From Gemmatimonadota bacterium (GTDB lineage Bacteria > Gemmatimonadota > Gemmatimonadetes > Gemmatimonadales > GWC2-71-9), in assembly GCA_003222055.1 (NCBI GenBank), contig QHUT01000060.1, positions 9,662 through 73,661 of the forward strand: a stretch of DNA of 64,000 nucleotides, read 5' to 3'. Under the pieces are notes generated by a model that saw only the letters and a list, made by a program, of their open reading frames with translations, ran no database searches and was not told where the DNA came from. This document shows, piece after piece, positions 48,221 through 56,028 of this stretch. A program made the translations under genes and the position numbers. How positions within the stretch are numbered: position 1 is the stretch's first letter; each line of letters begins with the position of its first letter.

Positions 48221-49190
48221 GGCGGACGCGAAACCTAGGAACGCACGTCGCTGGGCGCTAGGGACCGCCGGGCTCGCCCTCGCCTGGGTGCTCGGCGTGT
48301 GGCCCCCGCCGCTGTGGTGGCGCGATCACTCGCCCCGGGCGACGGCGATGATGCGCGAGCAGTGGGACTGGGCGACAGGCGGTCGGCCGGTCGGCGGTTC
48401 CGAGTCCGCCCGTCCGGCGGTCCGCCCGACCCGCCTCGAGAACATCTCGCTCGTGCTCCAGCGCATGGTGATCATCGGCGAGGACTCGCGCTTCCGGACG
48501 CATCACGGCATCGACCCCACAGAGATCGCCGATGCGCTGGGTGCAGATCGGGGGGGCGGTCGCGGATTCCCGCGCGTACTCGTCGCGGCGTGGCGGCAGC
48601 GCGACAAGGTGCGGGGCGCGAGCACGATCACGCAGCAGCTCGCGAAGAACCTGTATCTCTCCTCGTCGCGCAACCCGCTCCGCAAAGTGAAGGAAGCGGT
48701 GACGGCCCTGCGGCTCGAGCTGGCGCTGTCGAAGGACCGGATCCTCGAGCTGTACCTCAACCTGGCGGAGTGGGGTCCGGGGATCTGGGGAGTCGACGCC
48801 GCGAGCCGCGCCTACTTTGGCGTGCCGGCGTCGCGGCTCACCGATGAGCAGTCAGCCGAGCTTGCGGCGACGCTGCCGCATCCCCGCACGTCCAACCCGA
48901 CGTTTCGCCCGGAGCGCACGCTCGAGCGTCGCAACCTGATCCTGGCGAGGTACCACGGGGTCGAGGTGTACATCCCACCGGAAGAGGAAACGGACACGAC
49001 GCCGCTGGTCCTACCGGAGCCGGTGATTACGCCCGCACTCGAGTCGCTCCAGGTCGCGGTGCCGATACCAGGAGACAGCGTGCTGGACAGCCTCACTACG
49101 AGACGCACAGACGCGCAAACGACTAGACGCACAGACGCAACAGACGCACAGGGGAGAACAGCGGACAGCAGTCGGGACAGCCTCCCCTGA
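48219..49190 (+). CDS. mtgA: Monofunctional peptidoglycan glycosyltransferase (GT51)
   Basis: Start is at the ATG at 48219 (MADAKPRNARRWALG...). GT51 motifs are IIGEDSRFRTHHGID, GASTITQQLAKN and RILELYLNLAEWG. The C-terminal ~70 aa are non-conserved. Confidence 0.85.
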   Translation: MADAKPRNARRWALGTAGLALAWVLGVWPPPLWWRDHSPRATAMMREQWDWATGGRPVGGSESARPAVRPTRLENISLVLQRMVIIGEDSRFRTHHGIDPTEIADALGADRGGGRGFPRVLVAAWRQRDKVRGASTITQQLAKNLYLSSSRNPLRKVKEAVTALRLELALSKDRILELYLNLAEWGPGIWGVDAASRAYFGVPASRLTDEQSAELAATLPHPRTSNPTFRPERTLERRNLILARYHGVEVYIPPEEETDTTPLVLPEPVITPALESLQVAVPIPGDSVLDSLTTRRTDAQTTRRTDATDAQGRTADSSRDSLP

Positions 49191-49231
49191 CTCCTGTCGT
49201 CTGTTCACCCCTGTGCGTCTGTGCGTCTAGT
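49122..49231. repeat. Long imperfect inverted repeat built from (C/T)AGACGCA octamers
   Basis: The left arm ACTAGACGCACAGACGCA(ACAGACGCA)CAGGGGAGAACAGCGGACAGCAG pairs with the right arm CTCCTGTCGTCTGTTCACCCCTGTGCGTCTGTGCGTCTAGT. The arms are about 41 bp with a few mismatches and one 9-nt bulge, and the loop is 19 nt. It spans the mtgA stop and ends 17 nt before the dnaN stop. Confidence 0.85.
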
Positions 49232-49247
49232 AGGGTAGGTCCCCGTC

Positions 49248-50354
49248 TTAGTCAACCAGCCGCAATGGCATCACCAGCGCCATATAGCTCGCCGGATCGT
49301 CCCATCCCACCGGCTCCACCGTCGCCGCGCGCTCCGGGGCCTTGAAGGTGATCCGCACTTCGTCGGTCGGCATGTACTTGAGGATCTCGAGCAGGTACGT
49401 GGCGTTGAATCCGATCTCGAGCGGCTCGCCCTCGTAGGTGACGGCGAGCTCGTCCTGCGCCTCCCCCAGGTCGGGCGTCTGCACCGAAAACTTGACGGCC
49501 CCGCCGGAGAACGCGAGCCGGATGCGATGCGTCTGGTCGCTGGCGACCACGCTCATGCGGCGCAGCGCCGCCGCCATGCCCGCCTTGTCGACGGTGGCGA
49601 CCTTGTCGTTCTCGCGCGGGATCACCTGCTCGTAGTTCGGATACGGCCCCTCGATGAGGCGCGAGAAAACCAGCGTGCCGCCGGCGCGGAACCCGATGTG
49701 GTTGTCGCTGCGCGCGACCTCGAGCGCCTCGTCGGCTGCGAACAGGCGGCGGATCTGCTCCAGCGCCTTGGGTGGGACGATCAAATCCGCCGTCGACCCG
49801 CCCTTCGCCGGCACGTCCATCTTGGCGAGGCGGTGCCCGTTGGTCGCCACCATCCGCATGTGGTCGGGCCGGAGCTCCCAGAGCACGCCGTTCAAGATCG
49901 GGCGGCTTTCCTCCGTGGACGCGGCGAAGGCGACATGCCCGACCAGCTTGTGCACGACGCCCGCCGCCGCCTTCCACGCCCCGTCGAACTTGACGGCGGG
50001 GAACGATGGAAACTCCTCGCGCGGCAGCCCCAGCAACTTGAACTTGGACCGACCGCATTCGATGCCCACGCGGGACTCGCCGGCCGCGGTGATGCGAACC
50101 GGACCCGAGGGCAGCTCGCGGGCGATGTCCACCAGCTTCTTGGCGGGGAGCGTCACCGCGCCCTCGGCGTCCACCTCCGCGGGCACGGTGGTGCTGACGG
50201 CGATGTCGAGATCGGTGCCCGAAAGACGCAGGCCTTGCTTGGTGACTTCCACCAGGACGTTCGCAAGGACGGGCAGGGTGGTTTTGGCGGGGATCGCCGC
50301 GGCGACCGCGCTGAGCCCTTCCTGCAGCTGCTCTCGAGTGATCGTGAACTTCAT
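49248..50354 (-). CDS. dnaN: DNA polymerase III beta subunit (sliding clamp)
   Basis: 368 aa beginning MKFTITREQLQEGL, with typical DnaN sequence and its usual position downstream of dnaA. Confidence 0.96.
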   Translation of the reverse strand: MKFTITREQLQEGLSAVAAAIPAKTTLPVLANVLVEVTKQGLRLSGTDLDIAVSTTVPAEVDAEGAVTLPAKKLVDIARELPSGPVRITAAGESRVGIECGRSKFKLLGLPREEFPSFPAVKFDGAWKAAAGVVHKLVGHVAFAASTEESRPILNGVLWELRPDHMRMVATNGHRLAKMDVPAKGGSTADLIVPPKALEQIRRLFAADEALEVARSDNHIGFRAGGTLVFSRLIEGPYPNYEQVIPRENDKVATVDKAGMAAALRRMSVVASDQTHRIRLAFSGGAVKFSVQTPDLGEAQDELAVTYEGEPLEIGFNATYLLEILKYMPTDEVRITFKAPERAATVEPVGWDDPASYMALVMPLRLVD

Positions 50355-50605
50355 CCGCTCCGCCGCCTCGCCCAGTGTGGAGATTGTGAACGTAAGAATC
50401 TACTACCTATACCTAATAGAACTACTAGTAGTAGTAGTAGGCTGCGGGGAAATGTTGGCGTTTCGGGCTAACGTCCGCGTGGCGCAGCGTACTGCCCGTC
50501 CACCGCGCTGTGGGGGCCGTGTTGGGAGTGTGGGCAACCCCGCCCCTTTTCCCACGGCCCCGCGGCGCGTCCACACCCGCCCACATGTCCCCGCGCACAT
50601 GTTGG
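50355..50605. other. Candidate chromosomal replication origin (oriC) in the dnaA-dnaN spacer
   Basis: This 251-nt non-coding spacer has a ~55-nt AT-rich island (about 50384..40) in otherwise GC-rich DNA. Several DnaA-box-like 9-mers are present: TGTGGAGAT at 50376, TGTGGGCAA at 50529 (reverse complement TTGCCCACA), GCGTCCACA at 50567 and CCGTCCACC at 50496. Confidence 0.65.
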
Positions 50606-51988
50606 CTACAGTGCGGACAACTCTTGACGCGCCATTTCGACGCGCTCCTTGAACGTCCGGTCCCGCACCATTTGCCGCTCCACCTTGTCCACCGAGTGAA
50701 TCACGGTCGAGTGATCCCGGCCCCCGAACGCCTGGCCGATCTCGACGAGCTGCATGCCCAGCATGTCGCGCGCGAGGTACATCGCCACCTGACGCGGGAT
50801 GGTGAGCGTCTTGGTCCGGGCTTTGGACCGGAGGCCTTCCGGCGTGACGCCCCAGCGGCGCGCCACGACCTCCTGCACGCGATCGATGCTCGGCGTCGCC
50901 TGGCCGCCATAGCCCCCCGCCTCCTCGCCCTGGCGGATCTTGTCCGACAGCGCCTCGCGCGCCAGCTCGATGGTCACCTCGCGATTCTTGAGCGACGCGA
51001 ACAGCAGCAACTTGATGATGCAGCCCTCGAGCTCCCGCACGCTCGAGCGGATGTGCTCGGCGATGAAGCGCAGCACGTCGTCGGGGATGGTGAGCTCGAG
51101 GTGATCCTGCTCCGCCTTCTTGCGCAGGATGGCGATCCGGTGCTCGAGATCGGGGTGCCCGATGTCGGCCACGAGCCCCCACTCGAACCGCGAGATCAGC
51201 CGGTCCTCGAGGCCCGGGATCTCCTTGGGCGGGCGGTCCGACGTGAGCACGATCTGCTTGTGCCCCTCGAACAGCGCGTTGAAGGTGTGGAAGAACTCTT
51301 CCTGCGTCATTTCCTTGCCCTCGAGGAAATGCACGTCGTCGACGAGGAAGAGGTCCACATCGTTGCGGTAGCGCCGCCGGAACTCGGACATCGTGCGCGC
51401 GTGAATCGATTCGATGACCTCGTTGATGAACTGCTCGGCCCCGAAGTAGTGGACCCGCGTGCCGGGGTACTTCGTCAGCACGGCGTGGGCGACGGCCTGC
51501 ATCAGGTGCGTCTTGCCGAGGCCGGTCGCGCCGTAGATGAAGAGCGGGTTATACGTCTTGCCGGGCGCTTCTGCGACCGCGTGCGCGGCGGCGGCGGCCA
51601 GCTCGTTCGACTTGCCGATGACGAAGGTCTGGAACGTGTAGCGCTCGTTGAGGGGCGTCGTGAGGACGCCGGTCTTGTCGAGCGCGACCGCCTCGCGTGG
51701 TGCCACGAAGAAATCCATCTGGGGGCGCTGCTGACGATCCTCCTGCACGCGGAACACCACGGCCGTCGGACGTCCGAACACGCGCTCCGCGGCGCGCGCC
51801 AGCACGCCGGCGTGCTTGGACTCGTTCCACTCCACCGCGAATTGATCCGGGGCCCCGACGATCAGGCGACCGTCGTCCAGCGCGATCGGTTCCGCCGGCT
51901 CGAGCCACGTTCGCACGGTGGCGTCGGGGAGTTCCCGCCGTGCTTCGTCGAGGAGGCGTTTCCAAGCTTCTTTAGTAGACTGCTCCAT
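50606..51988 (-). CDS. dnaA: Chromosomal replication initiator protein DnaA
   Basis: 460 aa with Walker A GATGLGKTHL, a sensor/box VII region and the C-terminal DNA-binding domain (HSTVIHSVDKV). Confidence 0.97.
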   Translation of the reverse strand: MEQSTKEAWKRLLDEARRELPDATVRTWLEPAEPIALDDGRLIVGAPDQFAVEWNESKHAGVLARAAERVFGRPTAVVFRVQEDRQQRPQMDFFVAPREAVALDKTGVLTTPLNERYTFQTFVIGKSNELAAAAAHAVAEAPGKTYNPLFIYGATGLGKTHLMQAVAHAVLTKYPGTRVHYFGAEQFINEVIESIHARTMSEFRRRYRNDVDLFLVDDVHFLEGKEMTQEEFFHTFNALFEGHKQIVLTSDRPPKEIPGLEDRLISRFEWGLVADIGHPDLEHRIAILRKKAEQDHLELTIPDDVLRFIAEHIRSSVRELEGCIIKLLLFASLKNREVTIELAREALSDKIRQGEEAGGYGGQATPSIDRVQEVVARRWGVTPEGLRSKARTKTLTIPRQVAMYLARDMLGMQLVEIGQAFGGRDHSTVIHSVDKVERQMVRDRTFKERVEMARQELSAL

Positions 51989-52045
51989 CCGCGATAGACG
52001 AAAGGTGGGACGTCCAGCAAGGGCGGCCCGAAACTACGGCTGGCT

Positions 52046-52054
52046 TGTGGAAAA
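52046..52054. promoter_or_regulatory. Near-consensus DnaA box in the dnaA/rpmH divergent promoter region
   Basis: TGTGGAAAA matches TGTGGATAA at 8 of 9 positions. It lies 58 nt upstream of the dnaA ATG. Confidence 0.5.
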
Positions 52055-52113
52055 GTCAACCTTGACCGCCGCGCTCGCGACAGTGTACGTTTCCCGCCTC
52101 CCGAGAGGAATGT

Positions 52114-52275
52114 ATGGGTCCGACGTATCGCCCGCGCAATCGGCGGCGCATCAACAAGCATGGATTCCGCGCGCGGATGAAGGATGTGTGGGGCCGCGCG
52201 GTCCTGTCCCGCCGGCGGAAGAAGGGGCGCAAGCGCCTCACGGTCCGCCTGCCCTCCAAGCACCGGAGTCGCTAA
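52114..52275 (+). CDS. rpmH: 50S ribosomal protein L34
   Basis: My own translation (too short for the ORF track) is [62 protein letters not shown] Shine-Dalgarno sequence lies upstream. The rpmH-rnpA order is the classical one. Confidence 0.9.
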   Translation: MGPTYRPRNRRRINKHGFRARMKDVWGRAVLSRRRKKGRKRLTVRLPSKHRSR

Positions 52276-52298
52276 CGGGAGAGCGGTATCCGCGTCGC

Positions 52299-52613
52299 GT
52301 GCGTCTGGCGCGCGGCTCGGAGCTCACTGCCTGCTGGGAAGAGGGTCGCCGCTTGCGCACCTCGCATCTCGACCTGGCGTGGCGTCCCAATCCGATGGGC
52401 CACCCGCGCTTGGGCATCGTCGTTCCCCGCTTTCAGTTCACCGCGGTGGCCCGCAACCGTCTGCGCCGTCGCGTGAAAGAAATTCTGAGACGCGACGCGC
52501 TCGCGACGCTGCCCGCCGTCGATCTCGTGGTGCGCGCGAAGCGGGCCGCGTACGCGGCCTCCTTTGCCGTGCTGCGCGCCGAGTTGGCGGACCTGGTGCG
52601 CCGGGTCACATGA
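52299..52613 (+). CDS. rnpA: Ribonuclease P protein component
   Basis: A GTG start at 52299 is in the frame of ORF 51918..52613. The protein is basic ([13 protein letters not shown]) and sits between rpmH and yidD. The start codon is uncertain. Confidence 0.8.
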   Translation: MRLARGSELTACWEEGRRLRTSHLDLAWRPNPMGHPRLGIVVPRFQFTAVARNRLRRRVKEILRRDALATLPAVDLVVRAKRAAYAASFAVLRAELADLVRRVT

Positions 52614-52837
52614 GCCTGGGTCGCTGGCCGCGAGGCGCGGTGCTGGCGTTGATTCGCGTCTATCAGCTGACACTGTCGCACCTGGTGTTCACGCAGTGCC
52701 GCTTCGAGCCGTCGTGCTCGCGGTACAGCTACGAAGCGGTGGAGCGCTATGGCGTGGTGCGGGGAGGGTGGCTCGGCCTGCGCCGGATCCTGCGGTGCCA
52801 CCCGCTGCACCCCGGCGGCTACGATCCGGTGCCCTAA
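52610..52837 (+). CDS. yidD: Membrane protein insertion efficiency factor YidD
   Basis: [23 protein letters not shown]...[19 protein letters not shown]...RILRCHP. It has an ATGA overlap with rnpA. Confidence 0.9.
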   Translation: MSLGRWPRGAVLALIRVYQLTLSHLVFTQCRFEPSCSRYSYEAVERYGVVRGGWLGLRRILRCHPLHPGGYDPVP

Positions 52838-52870
52838 CGACTAGACGCATAGACGCGTAGACGCACAGAG
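52836..52870. repeat. Period-8 repeat AACGAC-TAGACGCA-TAGACGCG-TAGACGCA-CAGAGG in the yidD-yidC spacer
   Basis: Three TAG triplets lie 8 nt apart (52842, 52850, 52858), so there is one in each reading frame. It shares the 14-mer AACGACTAGACGCA with the repeat at about 49118. Confidence 0.8.
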
Positions 52871-52882
52871 GCGAAAGACCCA

Positions 52883-54556
52883 GTGGAACGACGCGTGATT
52901 TTGGCGATTTTCCTCATGCTCATCGTGGCCGTGCTGCCGAGCATCCTGTTTCCGCCGAAGAAGACGGTCGGGCGGACGGGCGGACAGGCGGTCGGCGACA
53001 CCGGTGTGGGCAAACCGGCGTCTGCGCCCGCCGCGGAGTCCCTCACCGCCCGTCCGCCCGTCTCTCCGTCCGTCGCCGCTGCCGCGGAAACGGTGTGGGT
53101 CACGTCTCCCACGTATCGGCTGGGCTTCAGCACGCGGGGGGCGGCGCTGGTGAGCGCGGAGCTCCTGGAGTATCGCTCGTTCGCCGGCGCGGACGCGGGG
53201 CGTCCCGTGCAGCTCGTGCCCGTCGGTCGCCCGTGGCTGCGCTACGCCTTGACCGCCGGCGGCGACACCGCGGCGCTCGCCGACTGGACCTTCACGCCGG
53301 GCGCCACGCGCGTACGTGTCGGCGAGGGCCGTGACAGCGCGCTGCTGGGCTTCACGGCCGAGCGGGGTGGGGCCAGGATCGCGCTGGAGTACCGCTTTTA
53401 CGCCGCGGAGTATCGTTTCGTGGTGCAGGGCCGCCTTGCGGGCTTCGGCTCGGGCGGCGCGACCCTGCTGGTGGGGATGGGGGACGGGCTCCGTTCGGTC
53501 GAGGCGGACTCGATGGACGACTTCCGGCACTACGCGGTCGTCACCAAGGCCACGAAGACGCAGAGCACGGACTTCCAATCGCTCAAGCCGGGCGATCGCA
53601 AAATCCTGGACGGGCCGTTCGAGTGGGCCGGCGTCAAGTCCAAGTACTTTTTCCTCGCGGGGCTCGCCTTCGAGGAGAACCAGCCGCGCTTCGGCGCCGC
53701 CATCGTGGAGGGCGGGCCGCGCACCGCGACGGCCTCGTCGCTGTTCGGTCGCTCGGCCGTGGCGACCCGGGCGCCGGTCACGCTCACCCTGCCCGTCCCT
53801 CCGGCAGGGGATTTCCGCTACCAGCTCTACGTCGGCCCGCTCGAGTATCGCCGCCTGGCGCAGCTCGGTCACGACCTGGACGACGCCAATCCGTACGGTG
53901 GGTTCCTGCGACCGATCATCCAACCGGTATCGGCGCTGGTGGTGAACATCCTGATCTGGATGCACGACCGGCTCAAGCTTGCGTACGGCTGGGTGCTCAT
54001 CATCTTCGGCGTCTTGGTGCGTGGGCTGCTGTGGCCCTTGAACCAGAAGGCGATGGAATCGAGCATCCGGATGCAGGCGGTCGCGCCGCTCCTGAAGCAG
54101 GTCCAGGATCGCTACAAGAACGAGCCCGAGCGGCTGCAGCGCGAGATGATGAAGCTGTACAAGGAGCACAACGTCAACCCCTTCGGCGGCTGCCTGCCGA
54201 TGCTCCTGCCGATGCCGGTGCTGTTCGCGCTGTTCTTCGTGTTCGCGAACACGATCGAGTTCCGTGGCGTCCCGTTCCTGTGGCTGCCCGACCTGGCGCG
54301 CTCCGACCCGTTCTACATCATCCCGATCGTCATGGGGCTCTCGATGTTCGTGTTGTCCAAGGTCGGCCAGATCGGCGTACCGCCGAATCCCCAGGCGAAG
54401 ACCATGCTGTACTTCATGCCGGCGTTCATGACACTGCTGTTCCTCCGATTTGCCTCGGGGTTGAACCTCTACTACGCCGTGAGCAACATCTTCAGCATCC
54501 CGCAGCAGTACATGATCGCGCGGCGCCGCCTGCGGGAGCAGGGGAAGAGGACGTAG
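52883..54556 (+). CDS. yidC: Membrane protein insertase YidC
   Basis: 557 aa with an N-terminal TM helix, a large periplasmic domain and a conserved C-terminal 5-TM core (GCLPMLLPMPVLFALF, YYAVSNIFSIPQQ). Confidence 0.93.
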   Translation: MERRVILAIFLMLIVAVLPSILFPPKKTVGRTGGQAVGDTGVGKPASAPAAESLTARPPVSPSVAAAAETVWVTSPTYRLGFSTRGAALVSAELLEYRSFAGADAGRPVQLVPVGRPWLRYALTAGGDTAALADWTFTPGATRVRVGEGRDSALLGFTAERGGARIALEYRFYAAEYRFVVQGRLAGFGSGGATLLVGMGDGLRSVEADSMDDFRHYAVVTKATKTQSTDFQSLKPGDRKILDGPFEWAGVKSKYFFLAGLAFEENQPRFGAAIVEGGPRTATASSLFGRSAVATRAPVTLTLPVPPAGDFRYQLYVGPLEYRRLAQLGHDLDDANPYGGFLRPIIQPVSALVVNILIWMHDRLKLAYGWVLIIFGVLVRGLLWPLNQKAMESSIRMQAVAPLLKQVQDRYKNEPERLQREMMKLYKEHNVNPFGGCLPMLLPMPVLFALFFVFANTIEFRGVPFLWLPDLARSDPFYIIPIVMGLSMFVLSKVGQIGVPPNPQAKTMLYFMPAFMTLLFLRFASGLNLYYAVSNIFSIPQQYMIARRRLREQGKRT

Positions 54557-54582
54557 GGAGAGGGACGAGGGAAGGGGGAAGG

Positions 54583-55941
54583 GTGCTGTCGGACCCCATC
54601 GTCGCGCTCGCCACGCCGCCCGGTCGCTCGGCCATCGCGCTGATCCGGCTCTCGGGCAGGGGCGCGTTCGACGTCGCGGCGCGCGTACTCCATCCCTTCC
54701 GGCCGGCTCCACCCCGTGCCGTCCGCCGAGTGCGCGTGATGCACCCCGCGACGGGAGAGCCCGTGGACGACGCGCTCGTCGCCTGCTTCCCCGCGCCGCG
54801 CTCCTACACCGGAGACGATCTGGTCGAGCTGTCGACGCACGGCGGCCTGCTCGTTCCGGCGGCCGCCGTCGCGGCGCTGCTGGCCGCCGGGGCCCGGCCC
54901 GCGGCGCCGGGGGAGTTCAGCCGTCGCGCCGTGCTGAACGGCAAGCTCGACCTGCTGCAGGCGGAGGCGACGGCCGACATGATCGACGCCGGCTCGCCCG
55001 CACAGGCGCGCCGCGCGCTGCAGCAGCTCGACCGCGGGTTGTCCCAGCGGCTCGAGCAGTTGCGGGCCGAGCTGATCGAGCTCGAGGCCCTGATCGCGTA
55101 CGAGATCGATTTTCCCGAGGAGGACGAGGGTCCGGTGGCGCCCGAGCGGGTCGAGCGCGCCTGGGGCGCGGCACGCGAGCGGATCGCGCAGCTCATCGCC
55201 ACGGCCCCGGAGGGGGAGCGGCTGCGCGAAGGGGCGCTGCTGGTCATCGCCGGGCGTCCCAACGCCGGCAAATCGTCTCTGTTCAACGCCCTGCTCGGCC
55301 GGGAGCGCGCCATCGTGACCGAGGTCCCGGGCACGACCCGGGACGCGATCGAGGCGTACGCGGTGCTCGAAGGCTTTCCGTTCCGGCTCGTCGACACGGC
55401 CGGGTTGCGGGAGAGCGACGACCGGGTCGAGCGGCTGGGGATCGACGTCGCGCGACGCTATCTCGACGCAGCGGACCTGATCCTCTTCTGCGAGGACGCG
55501 GGGGACGAGGGACGGGGGACGGGGGACGGGACTGATCGCGCTGCGTTCCTGGCCGCGTGTCGCGCGCCGGTGGTGGCCGTGCGGACCAAGGCGGACCTGT
55601 TACCCGTCCCCCGTCCCTCGTCCCCCGTCCCCGTGGTTTCGGTCGTGACTGGCGAGGGCCTCGCCGAGCTGCGTCGCAAGCTCGCCGAGGTCGCCTACGG
55701 CCGGCTGCTCGCGCTGGGCGACGTGGAGCCGGTCGTCACGCGGGCGCGCCACCGCGAGGCACTGGAGCGCGCCTTCGCCGAGGTCAACGCGTTCCGGGAG
55801 GCGCGGGAGAGTGGGGTGGATGCCGCGGCCGCGGCCACCCATCTGCGCGCCGCCCTGGGGGCGCTCGACGACCTGATCGGCGTTGTGACGCCGGACGCCG
55901 TCCTCGATCGCGTGTTCGCCACGTTCTGCGTCGGGAAGTGA
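54583..55941 (+). CDS. mnmE: tRNA modification GTPase MnmE
   Basis: GTG start at 54583. G1 is GRPNAGKSSLFNAL, G2 is PGTTRD, G3 is DTAGLR and G4 is the variant TKAD. The C-terminal CVGK motif is present. Confidence 0.93.
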   Translation: MLSDPIVALATPPGRSAIALIRLSGRGAFDVAARVLHPFRPAPPRAVRRVRVMHPATGEPVDDALVACFPAPRSYTGDDLVELSTHGGLLVPAAAVAALLAAGARPAAPGEFSRRAVLNGKLDLLQAEATADMIDAGSPAQARRALQQLDRGLSQRLEQLRAELIELEALIAYEIDFPEEDEGPVAPERVERAWGAARERIAQLIATAPEGERLREGALLVIAGRPNAGKSSLFNALLGRERAIVTEVPGTTRDAIEAYAVLEGFPFRLVDTAGLRESDDRVERLGIDVARRYLDAADLILFCEDAGDEGRGTGDGTDRAAFLAACRAPVVAVRTKADLLPVPRPSSPVPVVSVVTGEGLAELRRKLAEVAYGRLLALGDVEPVVTRARHREALERAFAEVNAFREARESGVDAAAAATHLRAALGALDDLIGVVTPDAVLDRVFATFCVGK

Positions 55942-56028
55942 CGCATCCCTTCGCTCGATGTAGATTGCGTGCCGCCCGCTGGTTGCGGGCGCCACCACAC
56001 CGATCGGGCGCGCGCGAGGGTACGGCCC

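Noticed and set aside
49097-49231. Whether the period-8 repeats here and at 52836..52870 are a CRISPR array or an IS element.
   Set aside because: The units are only 8 nt long and have no spacers, and no cas genes are present. There is no transposase ORF, and I could not recognise target-site duplications. They are better described as a REP/MITE-like palindromic repeat, and even that is unproven from two copies.
52114-52275. The unusual C-terminal extension of L34 (RLPSKHRSR after ...KRLTV), considered as a possible frameshift or read-through artefact.
   Set aside because: The frame is continuous and ends at a clean TAA 23 nt before the rnpA GTG. Short basic extensions are plausible, and there is no evidence of a sequence error.
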